Source: Squalus acanthias (Eukaryota). From it: a stretch of DNA of 64,000 bases. Position 1 is the first letter of the stretch, and each line of letters opens with the position of its first letter. Below are positions 13,127 through 25,930 of the stretch, one piece after another. The notes below the pieces were generated by a model. It was not told the origin of the DNA. It searched no databases and worked only from the letters and a program-made list of their open reading frames with translations. Both the position numbers and the translations under genes were made by a program. Where the stretch lies: contig CM059433.1 of the NCBI GenBank assembly GCA_030390025.1, positions 26,476,001 through 26,540,000 of the forward strand. Reading direction: 5' to 3'.

Positions 13127-13455
13127 GAGAAAAAAGCAGGAAATGAAACAGATAAAAAAGCAAGGGGGAGGCTGGGGGGAGGCACGAACCAAAAGGGTGG
13201 ATAAAATGTATATATATATACATTTTATCCACCCTTTTGGTTTGTGCCTTTTTCCCTTTTTGTTTCTCTCTCTCCCCCTACGGCAGCTGTCTCTCATTCT
13301 GCCAGCATTTCACACTTCACCTTTTGTTTCTTAACCTGTCCCATTACCATCTCGTCTTGCCTTGAGCATCTCTTAATGTCTCTACTTACCATAGTTATTC
13401 CTCCCCCCAGCCTCCTCCTTGCTTTTTTATCTGTTTCATTTCCTGCTTTTTTCTC

Positions 13456-13491
13456 AGTTCTGACGAAGGGTTTCGACCTGAAACGTTAACT
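13456..13491 (+). ncRNA. Minimal hammerhead ribozyme motif
   Basis: AGTT-CTGACGA-AGG(gtttcga)CCT-GAAA-CGT-T-AACT: CUGANGA and GAAA cores, stem I AGTT/AACT, stem II AGG/CCT, palindromic ACGT stem III. Confidence 0.7.
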
Positions 13492-14100
13492 CTGTTTCTC
13501 TCTCCACGGATGTTGCCTGGCCTGCTGAGTTTTTCCAGCGTTTTCTGTTGTTGTTTCAATTTTCCAGCATCCGCAGTATTTTGCTATCGTATAAAGTTAA
13601 TTGGATGTATGTTGATAACCAGATATTGACTTACTGCGCTTGGGATCCACTAACGTACATAATGATTAGGTAAATGTAGTACAGATACAGCAGCTGTCTC
13701 CACTAATTCAGTATGATGTGATTTACAAAACAGAAGACGCCATATGAATGATGTGTGTGATGCCACATTTTTAAAAGTGAGTGGAGCCAAGCATCAAGTG
13801 ATAGGTTACAAGGCGCTTCTACTTGAGTTGTTTGAATGCGATATCATACCAGGTCCCATATAATGTTTCAGTTGGACTGTGGATAACTTTAGTGTTTGTT
13901 AATGTTGAAATGTTTATTTAGAAAAAGATTTTTTTTAAATAACATGCATCATCAAGGAGAAAATCGTCAGCCGCTTTTCCACGCCAGGCAGTGTATAAAG
14001 CGAGCTACTGATCATATTACTCATTCGATACCGCCCAAGACCAATTTCACCCCCATATGAGCTTAGTTGTCTACATTTGGGCTTTTATTTTTACAGTTCG

Positions 14101-14565
14101 TGTCAGCCATGGCTCAGTGGGTAGCACTCTCGCCTCTGAGTCAGAAGGTCGTGGGTTCATAGTTCCACTCCAGAGACTTGAGCACAAAAATCTAGGCTGA
14201 CACGCCAATGCAGTACTGAGGAATGCTGCACTGTCAGGGTTTCCGTCTTTCGGATGAGATGTTAAACCAAAGCCCTGTCTGCTCTCTCAGGTGGACATAA
14301 AAGATTCCATGCCCATATTTCGAAGAAGAGCAGCGGAGTTATCCCTGGTATCCTGGCCAATATTTATCCCTCAATTAATATCACTAAAACAGATTATCTG
14401 GTCATTATCACATTGCTGTTTATGAGAACTTCCTGTGCTCAATTTGGCTGCCACGTTTCCTACATTACAACAGTGACTACACTTCAAAAAGTACTTCATT
14501 GGCTGTAAAGCGCTTTCAGATGTCCTGAGGTCGTGAAAGGCGCGATATAAATGCAAGTCTTTCTT
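14101..14565 (+). mobile_element. Full-length Deu-domain SINE (SacSINE1-like)
   Basis: tRNA-like A/B boxes, Deu domain (ggatgagatgttaaacc...aaagat.ccatg...tcctggccaa) and L2-like tail ...atataaatgcaagtctttc. Confidence 0.9.
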
Positions 14566-15650
14566 TTAGAGCCGACATCGGAATGACCTGTTGCTGAACC
14601 TATTCCTGTTTGGAGGTGTAAAACACTGTAGCGATTGATCTGGTTGCATCATAGATTCCACCAGGTCAATCATTCAAGTTTGGACTTCCATTTGGCTAAA
14701 AAAAAAATTATAAAACCACAGAAGGAGGGGCTTTGCTGTATTTTTCATGAAATTTCAATGGAGAAGAGTGACAGCAGGGTTGAGATTCCACATGGTTTAT
14801 CTCATGACTATTGAATATAGTCCTGTGAGAAAGATGTATCACATTAATCTGATCTTGAGGCCACACCAGTTTTACAAATGAAGGTTAAAGTAATAATTCA
14901 AAGTTGAAAAAAACCTTTGTTCAGAACAATATTCTTTATACAATAGTTTTATCTCTAAATTTTCTCTCATCTTCACCTGAAAACATTAGTCTATTAGTGG
15001 GCTAATGCATTTCATGGTGATATTCAATTGCCTATTTTAAGAGTCACCAACCTGTTTAAAATAAATGGGTTAATGTCTCTGTTAAAATAGTGGACAAAGG
15101 AACTGCATACAAAAGGACACCTAGGGCTTGATTTTAATAGTCCTGAGGAGGTGAGTTTGGAGGAGGGTGGGCAGCGAAAATCGGAATAAATGTCTTCAGA
15201 CACCCAACCCACCTCCATCCCGCCCCCACGCGATTTTCGTCAGTGTCGGGTCAGCCGCTCCCAAACTGGAACCGGTGGGACAGGTAGTTAAGGCAGTTAA
15301 CAGCCTGTTACTGCCTTGCTAATCCTATTTTGATAGTGGTTTCCCATTTTTGTGCTTCTGGCTCCTGTTTCCCATCTTGTCAGAAACAGGCCAGCTGCAA
15401 GGAGACGAGTTGCTGGAGGACATGATTTGGAGTCATTGGTGCAGCACTTTAAAAGCGCTCCTGTAACATGGCTGACATTCAAATGCAACAACCTTGTTGT
15501 TGGAGGTTTGGGATAAGATTTTGCAAATCTACTGACCTTGACTGTTCAAGCTGACAGCCATCTGCAGTGTGACCTGATTGGAATAATTTCAGGCCACTTC
15601 GACTGTGCACTTGCAAGCTTCTTGAATCAAGTGAAATCTATAGCTACGGG

Positions 15651-16734
15651 ATGGGAAACATTTATATCCTCTCATCCTGGTCATCAGATTCGGAGGAAGA
15701 GCAGCTGCGGCAGCTCCACAACCAGACACAACAGCAGCACCAGCACCAGCACCAGGAGCGCCAACCTCCTCCTCACCCACCTGATGATGCACAGGGCGGA
15801 GGGCCTCAGCACAGGGCTGCACCTCGCTGCAGGAGATACCCCCAACACAGGGTTTACAGGCAGAGGATCAGCTTCCTCAGCATGAGTGAGCAGCAGTGTC
15901 AAAGGAGGCTGAGATTTTCGAGAGATGTAGTCGCTGACATCTGCGCAATGCTGCACCAACACCTGGAGCCCAGAGGAGTGGGTGGACACTCCTTACCAGT
16001 TGCTGTCAAAGTCACCACTGCACTCAACTTCTTTGCTTCAGGCTTCTTCCAGGGATCAGTTGCAGACATCAGCGGCATCTCCCAGTCGGCCGCACACACC
16101 TGCATCACGCAGGTCACCGATGCCCTCTTTGCAAAGGCGCACAATTACATTCACTTCTCCACGGATGACCCAAGTGTGACGGCGCGTGTGGTTGGCAAAG
16201 TACCCTGGCAGTTGCCATGACTCCTTCATCCTGCGCCAGTCTACTGTGCCTCAGCTCTTCCATCCGCCAAACCAACTTTCCAGATGGCTTCTTGGCGACA
16301 AGGGCTATCCCCTGAAAAAGTGGCTTATGACACCGATGAGGAGGCCATCAAACGATGCTGAGGAGCGGTACAATTTGAGCCACATATCCACCAGAACCAT
16401 CATCAAGCAAACCATCAGCTTGCTCAAAATGCGCTTCTGATGCCTAGACAGATCTAGAGGAGCCTTGCAGTATGCACCAGCCAGGGTGTCCAGAATAGTC
16501 ATGGTCTGCTGTGCCCTGCACAACATTGCACAGCAGCATGGCTTAGTGCTGCCGGATGAACAAGGGGCTCAGCACACAGCCTCCTCGGAGGAAGAGGAAG
16601 AGGATGAGGAAGGGGTCGAGGAGGAGGACGGGGAGCGATGCCTTGCGGGGCTGGATGTGGTCAATCCAGCAGCACGCGACCACATTGCTGGCCGTCAGGC
16701 AAGGGATGCACTCATCCATGCCAGATTCGCGTAA
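15651..16734 (+). pseudogene. Harbinger DDE transposase (HARBI1-like), internally deleted, with frameshift and stop
   Basis: [55 protein letters not shown]. The GxIDCTH-containing segment is missing at ~16186. Confidence 0.92.
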
Positions 16735-16806
16735 GCTCACGCTTCAACCACAAGTGGCTGGCAATTGGAGATGAATATAAGTCCGACAATCTCAAAACCC
16801 CAGGCA

Positions 16807-17178
16807 TCATCTGTCTACTAAACGATGGTTTGCGCTCAGTGTCACCACCAACATTCTACATGGCATTCGCCCTGAGCCCTCACTCTTGAACTTCCATTTC
16901 CTAGAACACAGAGGCCACACTTTAGGTGATCTCAGCAGATCACTAAACCTTTTTCGACACTGAACCCATGCGCGCCTGCACACAGACCTCGAACTCACCT
17001 CCTCAGCAATTTGCAGCCAAGCTGCCTTGGTTTGCTGAGGAGGCCTCCTCCTTCCGTTTCCAGGGAAGAGGACCTCCTGACGTCCTCTAACTCCCTCCAC
17101 AAGAGCATGGAGGGAGCCCTTAATAAACCTGGGTGCAGCCTTAGTTTTTGGGGCTGCCATTCCTGTAGCAGCCAGCAC
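16807..17178 (-). pseudogene. Harbinger Myb/SANT-like DNA-binding protein (first exon)
   Basis: APRF..SLHALVEGV..RQEVLFP...W..IAEEV....R.WVQCRKRFSDL. Confidence 0.88.
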
Positions 17179-17717
17179 CTTTAAGAGAAAAAAGCATTAA
17201 TTTTACAAAGCCAATGATTGAAACACATCTGGCATATTTTTCATTTCTTAGTCACATACTAAATTGATAGATTAAAAAATCATAAATGTGTTTCTGGAAT
17301 AATATGAACAGCAATTTCATTCAATACCAATGTGTTCAGACCAGCCGCTGTCAACTCACCTTTCTAGATAATACAGCACCAAGCCATCTCATCTACATTT
17401 TTTGCAAAGGGGACATGGCCCCTTTAAATTTTTACTCAAACAACGCGTCATCAGACTCGAGAAACTGACATGCTCCAAGCAATTGCCTGGAGGCTGTAAC
17501 GAGGCCAATCAAGGTAAAATCGTAACTGCTGGGCGGCGGCATCCGGGAGCGGGTCTGAAAGCTGCCGACCAGCTGACCCGCCCTCATCCCGCCTCCAGAA
17601 TTAAATTCGACCTGGAACTTTAATCACCTGAAATGTGACCTGCGAAATGTTATGAAGGGCGATAGCTATATACTTACTGCTGCTGCTTCTCAGTCACACC
17701 TTTGTTCCTTCACTTAC

Positions 17718-17908
17718 TGGTTCAGAACTAGCGGGGAGGGGCATCAGAAACCTGTGTGTAACGCACTTTTCCTCTTTACGTGACATTGTGAGTTGGCTCC
17801 AGAGCACGATGAAAGGATACCAAGCAATCAGAGCTGAAAGCAGCCACAGGACTGGAGCGACCTGCATGCCAACTGGAAGGGATTGATTGCACACTCATGG
17901 CGAGAAGC
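17718..17908 (-). CDS. Candidate host exon containing the stop codon (ASRHECAINPFQLACRSLQSCGCFQL*)
   Basis: Long polypyrimidine tract ending ctccgctgtag|, and a consensus donor cca|gtaagt at 17717. Non-repetitive context. Confidence 0.5.
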
Positions 17909-19682
17909 CTACAGCGGAGAAAAAGAAATGGAAGAAAACTAGAAAGAAAGAAAAACCCATAGGAAGACAAACTGTAGCTCATGTGAGAAACTGACTGCAT
18001 TGAATAGGATAATATGATTTGTTTTTTTGGAACTTCTAATAAGCGATTTCTTTTTGGAAAATAAAAATAATGATTTTGGTAACCACATTCAGTAAAATAG
18101 TTAATGGTTTGTGCAAAAGCAAGAAATGAAAGTCACTTTTTTTAACCAGCAACTTGTGCCCTTGTGGTGGGGAGAGGGAAGGAAATAGCGGATTTTTAGA
18201 ATGAATTATTTTGAAGTAAAAAGGAATAAAGAAGGTAGGAAGCTGAAAAATATATATGGGAAGTATAAATGTTGGTTTTAGTTATTTCTTTATTTATCTT
18301 GTTGGGAACAGATTGTTTCTCTTCTTTTATGTGGTTATGGACTGACATGAAGGAAACTCAGACATATTGAAAGCACCATACAAGTGATTATTAATGATAT
18401 AACAGGGAATCTAGTTCTGTACGATTGGAATGTGTCCATAATATCAAACAAAACACAGAATTGTGAAGTGCTAGAAATGGTCATGCAGAGCAACAGGCCA
18501 CAGGAATGCAAATCATCCACCAAGCCAAAAGCAGAAACTAGCAGGTGGCCTGTTCCATTCATCTGATGTCAATGCCCTTCTCAGTTGTAGCCATCAGCAC
18601 ATCTGGTAAGACTGATTACTACTTTCAATTAAATGAAACACAGTCACTTGGTGCATTTCTGTGCAATAAAACCACACGGTTAAAAAAAGGAATATTATGT
18701 GCAAATATCCTGCATTCTGTTGAAGGGGAGCAGCAGGCAGTTTCTCTAACTTAATGAAAAAGGTTTATTTTTCTCTTCTAAAATCATGTTTGATAGATAA
18801 ATTATAGTGTTTTCTTGTAGCTGAGCCCCACATGTGCTTCCCATTGAGCTAATGATAGTATTAAATGGTGGTACAGGAAAAACTGTTTAACTTTATAATC
18901 CATTAAAATGGCACAAACATGTACATGGACACTGTGCAGGGAGTCACAAAGCCATAATTCAGTTGAGCAGTGAATATCAGTGAAACCCTAACATCAAGTT
19001 AACTCTTATCATAGCATCTGTTATTTTATGCAACATACACTGTTCTGACCTTGAAAGTTTGAAACAAAAGAAAGGATTCGTTAATGTGTACCAGTTATGG
19101 TTGTAGGGCTGACAAGGTTGAGTAACATGAGGAAAATGTTAACAACGGCTGGTGGTAGGGGCCATCCACAAAATGGGGAATTACCAGAATAGCAATATCA
19201 CATCATTCACAGATTTTTTAAGGCTAATGACTTATGGAATAATTATGTAGTTAATATATTTTACAGATTTGATTTGTAGTCCAGATACATGGGCCTAAAA
19301 ATTCGATCGGAAACAAGCCACAGGGGCCTCCTCACGTAATCTCAGGAAGCACGTTAACTTCATGCTGGGACCTCCTCCACCTCCAGCCTCACTACTCACA
19401 ATACTCCCCTCCCCCCGCTTCCCTTCACCCTCCTGCAATCACTGCACCGCACTCCACTACACCGCCGTCTCCTCACGCACACACACTCACCACTATTACA
19501 ACCCTCACTTCCCCACACCTCCCATCTTACACACTGCACACCAACTATTCTCCAAACACCTCACAAGTCTGTCACTCACACACTCCCTTCTTTTTTGCAG
19601 AACAAGGCCACACACAATGTGAGGCAGGAGGCTGCCAGCGGAGAAGGCCGAGACCGCCTGTACAGCCTCTCTTCCATGAAAG

Positions 19683-20158
19683 AAAATCTGCGTTTGGTCT
19701 CCCCAATGTAGAGGAGACCGCATCGTGAGCAGCAAATACAGTATACTAAATTGAAAGAAGTATAAATAAATCGCTGTTTCACCTGGAAGGAGCGTTTTGG
19801 GCCCTGGACGGTGGGAAGGGAGAAGGTGAAAGGGCAGGTGTTGCCTCTTCTGAGCAAACATGGGAAGGTGCCTTGGGAAGGGGAGCGGGTGTTGGGGTTG
19901 ATGGAAGAGAGGACAAGGGTGTTGCGGAGGGCACGGTCCCTTCTTAATGCTGAAAGTGGAAGGGAACATGTGTTTGGCAGTGGCATCGCACTGGAGGTGG
20001 CGGAAATGATGGCGGATCCGTTGAATGTAGAGGCTGCTGGCGTGGAAGGTGAGGACAAGGGGAACCCTATCGTGGTTCTGGGAGGGAGGGGAAGGGGTGA
20101 GAGCAGAAAAGCAGGAAATGGGACGGACGCGGTCAAGGGCCCTGTCAACCACGGTGGA
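19683..20158 (-). mobile_element. Penelope-like element fragment, GIY-YIG endonuclease region
   Basis: C..R.NTCP...VKQRF..TSFNLVYCICCSRCGLLYIGETKRR in ORF 19576..20148. Confidence 0.88.
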
Positions 20159-20639
20159 GTTCCACTTCTTTCATTTCTGGAGCTGAAGATGTGGAGATAC
20201 CTCTGCCACTTCAGGAAGAGGAGGCCAACCTTACTGATGATGCACCATCACTTGATCTCACCCTCGCAAGCACCAACTCAGATACTTACACCACGCGTAC
20301 TTTAGAGGCTAAGCTAGAGGAAGGGTCTTCACGTAGTGAATCTCCGAGCACGTGCACAGGAGCTAGGATAGGGGGATAGGACACCACAGGTGCCAGCTTG
20401 TCAGAGGGTGAGGTCACACACTAGCTCTGCTGCAGACGACTCAGATGCTGACTTTAAGGGCCCAGGCTAATGAGAAAGGCTGATGAGCTTACAGCTGGAA
20501 ATACTTAGTGCACTGGGCAGCCCGCCAGAGAGCTTGTGCACAATTTCTCAGAGCATGGAGAAGTCTAGCTCCAACTTCTGTCAAGGCTTCGCGCAGAGCA
20601 TGGAAACCATTCTGTCCAACATGGACTGAGCAGTCAGCT

Positions 20640-21487
20640 TTTTTTTAATTCATTCCTGGGATGTGGGCATGGCTGGCAAGGCCAACATTTATTACCCATC
20701 CCTAATTGCCCTTGAGAAGGTGGTGGTGAGCCACCTTCTTGAACCGCTGCAGTCCTTGTGGTGAAGGTACTCCCACAGTGCTGTTAGGGAGGGAGGGAGT
20801 TCCAGGATTTTAACCCAGCGACGATGAAGGAACAGTGATATATTTCCAAGTCAGGGTGGTGTGTGACTTGGAGGAGAACTTGCAGGTGGTGGTGTTCCCA
20901 TGCGCCTGCTGCCCTTGTTCTTCTAAGTGGTAGAGGTCGTGGGTTTGGGAGGTCCTGCCGAAGAAGCCTTGGCAGTCACTCTTACCTCACCTCTGGAATT
21001 CAGCTCTTTTGTCCATGTTTGGACCAAGGCTGTAATGAGGTCTGGAGCCGAGTGGTCCTGGCGGAACCCAAACTAAGCATCGATGAGTAGGTTATTGGTG
21101 AGTGTCGCTTGATAGCACTGTCGATGACACCATCCATCACTTTGCTGATGATTGAGAGTAGACTGGACGGATTGGATTTGTCCTGCTTTTTGTGGACAGG
21201 ACATACCTGGGCAGTTTTCCACATTGTTGGGTAGATACCAGTGTTGTAGCTGTACTGGAACAGCTTGGCTAGAGGCACAGCTAGCTCTGGAGCACAAATC
21301 TTCAGCCCGATAGCTGGGATGTTGTCGGGGCCCATAGCCTTTGCTGTATCCTGTGCGCTCAGCCATTTCTTGATATCACGTGGAGTGAATCAAATTGGCT
21401 GAAGACTGGATTCTGTGATGGTGGGGACCTCGGGAGGAGGCTGATATGGATCATCCACTTAGCACTTCTGGCTGAAGAAGGTTGCAT
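20640..21487 (-). mobile_element. Internally deleted poly(A)-tailed CR1/L2-group LINE
   Basis: MGPDNIPA..LK.CAPELAVPLAKLFQYSY.TG.YP..WK.A.VCPVHKK is the N-terminal RT region, joined to a 3' UTR with an A tail. Confidence 0.85.
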
Positions 21488-22465
21488 GAATGATGGTTCT
21501 GAATGATGGTTCATGAACCAGACAGTGGTGCCATCAATAGTGGAGCCTCTGCTGACAGCTCTCACAGCCGCCATGGAAGATCAGACAGCTGGCACCTTAG
21601 TTTTGGGGGCCAGTGTTGATGGGGGCTTCCAGTGCGTCACCTCACTCCTGCACTCTGTTCTTGAGCAGAGCCAGAGGAGTGCTGAGACACAGTCCCAGGA
21701 GAGCGGCCTTGGCTACATGGGAGAGGCACGTGCTGACCTCTCTCAGGACAACAGAATGCCTCTTCCTTCACCACCCACTCCACCAATATCCTTGTTATTA
21801 CTACACAGCTGGCTGGACCAGACTGCTCTGGCCCACGCCGAGATGCTGCAGCCTGAAGCCAGCCCCTCAATGCCCAGAGCTGTTCGAGGTCGCCCTCCAC
21901 AGCCATATGAAGTGTCCTCAATGGAAGCTGCACCTCCCAAGCTGGGGAAACACTTTGCAGGAGCACTAGGATAATTAAAAAAGCACAGACGATGGGCACT
22001 AAAGGTTGCGCAAGGGTGATTCATAATTATTTCTGTTACCTGTTAGATAGAGATGGAATTGGGTTGTTGATGAATTTGTTTTTGTTCTGGATTTGCTTTT
22101 GTTGTTTATATTTGTAGTGAAGTTGCGGGCAAGACCGTGAGGCTGGATGTAAGGAAGGCAGTCAGATGGTGGTAGTGAGGACAGTGGTGATAAGGATTGC
22201 AGGGCTGTTGGTGTATTGGGAAGGGAGGCATGGTTTACATGAAGCACTCTTCAATGAGTTGCTCTCAGAGCTCTGGCAGCTCGAGGCACTGTTGGGGAAT
22301 TAGGATGGAGGGTTTAGTAAAACATAAAGCTTTCTAACTCAGTGCTATTTTAGCCATAAAAAATTATAAAAGCAACCCCTTCCCTCTGACTGCAAATTCA
22401 TGGAGTATAATTAGACACAAATATTCCTCAGAAGAATTTGGATCCTGCACACACTCAAACACACT

Positions 22466-23350
22466 GGATTTTCCCTGTGGAGGCGGGATGGCGGCGAGAG
22501 AGCTGGTTGGCGGTTTCTAGTCCCGCTCCTGTCTGCAGCCGCTCTCTCAAAAAGATTTTCCGTAGATTGGCCTTGTTAAGCCCACCCTGCGGGGTTCCTG
22601 GCCAATTAACAGGAAACAGGTCTGATGACGTCATTTGATGACGTGTCATCAGCCGGTTTCCTTAAAGGGACCACGGCCACATTGATTTTGACAGTTGTGC
22701 TGTGAGAGTTCTGCAGCATTGAGGTGTTGCAAACACTGACAAGCACTGCACAAATGTGCAGGGCTACACCCAGGCTCTCGCATGACTTCCTCCATATGCT
22801 TATAGAGGGAGTCACAGCACGCATAGATTCTCTTTCCTTCCCATGGGCGGAAGAGACCTCCCCAGGAGATCAACGCAGTCTGATTGCACATTGCACAGGA
22901 GGACACAAGCAGTGATGTCGTCAGGATGGCTGGCTGCAGTGGCACCAACCTTTCAATGATCTCAGTAAATCCCAAAACATTACTGCAATGCCACACTCAA
23001 CCTCATCCTGCTGTGCCACTTATCGCATCCCCATCACTCTGCCTTCCATACCCTGGTCCTGCACATCCTTACTCACACCATCTTACCTTGCACCTCCACC
23101 CATCCCTCTCTATCTGCATTATCACTTCCCCATCTCACTAGCCACCCCTCACACTCACCCTCATCCTACTGCAAGCATACCAACTAACAACACACAAGGG
23201 TCGGCACTTGAGAGGTTTAGCCAATGTTCATGTGAAGTTTCTGGTAATGTGTTGTCATACAGTGAAATCTATATTTTCAACACTTCACCTTATTGGACAG
23301 ATCTGTGCGCACCTTGAGAAGTGTCTTACTGAGTTCCAGTGAATGTTGAG
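22466..23350 (+). mobile_element. Harbinger left end with degraded Myb/SANT exon
   Basis: 5' region resembles the MITE at 7183-7340; RATPRLSHDFLHMLIEGVTAR matches the Myb N-terminal motif. Confidence 0.65.
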
Positions 23351-23364
23351 ACATAACCTCCGCT

Positions 23365-23810
23365 CCAGGGATGGGGGATTACAGTTACATGGAGAGACTG
23401 GAGAAGCTGGGGTTGTTCTCCTTAGAGCAGAGAAGGCTAAGAGGAGATTTGATAGAGGTGTTTAAAATCATGAAGGGTTTAGATAGAGTAAATAAAGAGA
23501 AACTCTTTCCAGTGGCGGAAGGGTCGATAACCAGAGGGCACAGATTTAAGGTGATTGACAAAAGAACCAGAGGCGACGAGGGAAACATTTTTACGCAGTG
23601 AGTGGTTAGGATTTGGAATGCACTGCCTGATAGGGTGGTGGAGGTAGATTCAATGGTAGCCTTCAAAAGGGAATTGGATAAATACTTGAAGGAGAAAAAA
23701 ATTGCAGGGATATGGGGAAAGAGCGGGAGAATGGGACTAACTGGATTGCTCTTCGAAAGAGCCAGCACAGACTCGATGGGCCTTCTGTGCTGTACTATTC
23801 TATGATTCTA
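23365..23810 (+). mobile_element. CR1 LINE 3' fragment
   Basis: YMERLEKLGLFSLEQRRLRGDLIEVFKIM; tail attctatgattcta. Confidence 0.92.
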
Positions 23811-24296
23811 TAAATTGAGACTAATCCCTTGTCCACACAAGAATTTGAAAATGAGTTCAGACCACCCCCACCCCCACTGCCCCAGCACACTCTACCAATA
23901 CAAATATATTTTCAAAATAGAATAAGAGAATGTGAAGAGTGTGCAAAGACTTATAAATCATGTTCAGGGAAAGAGGCAAGTAAATTAAGGCATACCCGGG
24001 CAGATACAAACATACACCAGTTGACCAGGCCACCAAAACATTTGTCTGAGTACAAACAATCACACACACATAACAGAGCAGAGCAGATAAACGTAGGCAT
24101 TTTGTTTGTGTATTAAAAACCTGAGTACCAAACTAAGCTGTTGAAACATTCCACGCTGTCTCATCAGCGACAGCAAAGCTCTATATAATAAAATGGCAAA
24201 TAGAATCTTTCTGTTCATGGACAAAAGGAATAAAAATCACTAGACATTTACACAGTGGGAAAAGTATAGGCCATCTGCAATTTTTTCTAAACATAC

Positions 24297-24302
24297 CTGG
24301 AC
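24297..24302 (-). CDS. Candidate 6-nt microexon GTCCAG (VQ)
   Basis: Minus: tttgtgtcttttctctttaatttttttaaaatatctccag|GTCCAG|gtatgt. Confidence 0.35.
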
Positions 24303-24724
24303 CTGGAGATATTTTAAAAAAATTAAAGAGAAAAGACACAAAACAAAATCAATGCTACACATGTAAGTGAGAAATAACATTCCGTGCAACGTATTGCAAT
24401 GCTTCATTACTAATGGTCAGCTGCAGGAATTAGTCCTCCTGTCATTCTGGTTCTAGAGACTTGGGAGAATTTGCCAGTGACTGTCTTGGAGAGAACTGAT
24501 TCCAGGTATATTCCAGTATCTAAAACCAGCATTCTTGTTCGTCATCAGTGTCACATGCTACTTTCAGCTCCTTCACACCCTAGCTGCCTCAACACAGCCT
24601 TTGCACTCCCATTATGGAAAACTGTAAGGCATGCAGAATAATGGAGGGGTGCAACAGAACCATTTTTGTCAACCAAAACTCTTCGTGATAGCTTCCCCAA
24701 TGGCTTAGAGACTAGGAAACCCCT

Positions 24725-25030
24725 TTTGTGAGTTAATTGATCTCAATGGGCAGCATTTGGAGTGCTCTAATTGGCTTCAGCACCCTGGGTTAGCAAGCAG
24801 AAGAATTAACCAGCACTCCCATTCCTGTTTCCATTGACCCAGCTGGAAAGCGCGCATGTGGGGACATCAGGTGCGAATATGATCAGACTCGGCTGTGATC
24901 TCCTCCACACTCATATGGCCCATTGGCACTCAGTGTCCAGACTTCCGTGTAATGAATGTTTGCTTGCACGATGTACTGACGGGCCCATGGAACAGTACCC
25001 CAGGCAAGAGTCTGCACCTTGATTTGAGGA
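24725..25030 (+). repeat. Old interspersed (SINE-like) repeat, second copy
   Basis: Colinear with 8805-9095. Confidence 0.5.
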
Positions 25031-25930
25031 AAAAAAGTGGCAGAAATTGAAGAAAAAAACAGATAGTCATGCTAGCCAGTGCGAGAATCACATTTATAAC
25101 CACCCAGTGTACAGAGACACAAAAGGTTCAATGAACTGTGCCACCCCAGTATTGAGTTACTTAAATGTTGATAAATAGCTGTTCCCTTTAAAATAGTGGT
25201 AACATATCCAAAACAATTCAGCTATAAATTTCTAATAGGTACATAATTTGCCCAGTTAAAATATCAACCAATGGTTAAACAAAGCTTCAGCTGTATCCCA
25301 AAACAAAATATGCTCTTATATTTGACAGCAAAGTATATCAAACAGAAAAGTTATCTTACCAACTGGATAGGCCCAAATCACCTGGAAAGTAAAGTAATTT
25401 ACCAACTCTTAAATAATCTTTCCTTATTTATCTCTCCATCTTCCTTTGTATATCCAGCTCAATTGTCTTTTACAACTCATTTCTAATCCACTCGGTAACT
25501 CTTTGTTTTTTATCAAAGGTATTTTTTAGTATTCACTTCTTCTGGTTAAAGTTCTAGTTAAAATAAAACTAGCTGCCAATCAGTCAAGTAACCTTTAAAA
25601 CAACTCAACATATACAACGAGTGAAACAGTAAATGCACATTATGGCACTGAAGCTAGATCCAGTGAGAATAAGTAAGTGTTGGTTTTCTCTTAGGAAATT
25701 TGCTGTATGCACTGCAGGGATTATAAGTATGCAAATTAAATTATGTTAGTTCTGGTGTAAAGTTGCAAAAGAACTGTAAATGTCTGAGATGTCTGGAGAG
25801 CATTATGGAAAGGAAAAGTACTGAGTGCCATGGGTTTGTTTGTTCATGTGGCACTTACACAGTTATACCAGCATCTACTACAGCTGCAGCCACGCCTATC
25901 CTGGTTTGGCAGAGAGTTAATGGACGTTAA

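Larger units (their letters stand above)
13080..13591 (+). mobile_element. Penelope-like element terminal insertion with inverted pLTR arms
   Basis: ~105-bp inverted repeat 13077-13181 / 13400-13505; 14-bp direct repeat TAAAGTTAATTGGA at 13066-13079 and 13592-13605. Confidence 0.82.
15124..17613 (+). mobile_element. PIF/Harbinger transposon (convergent transposase and Myb/SANT genes)
   Basis: Contains both ORFs listed below; degenerate terminal repeats gggcttgattttaat / attaaattcgacct. Confidence 0.8.
19291..22290 (+). mobile_element. Harbinger remnant (Myb/SANT exons 2-3 and 3' region) with nested insertions
   Basis: Left end gggcctaaaaattcgatc is the inverse of the right end at ~58970-58987; colinear with the 46700-57300 copy. 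Confidence 0.75.

Noticed and set aside
14101..14180. tRNA gene (also ~27640 and ~6972)
   Set aside because: These are tRNA-derived SINE heads continuing into the Deu domain.
14587..14695. Minus-strand exon after a tttttttag acceptor
   Set aside because: All three frames close quickly and the donor is weak.
15651..16734. Domesticated HARBI1 host gene
   Set aside because: Catalytic segment deleted, frameshift and in-frame stop present, and paired with a Myb ORF as in a transposon.
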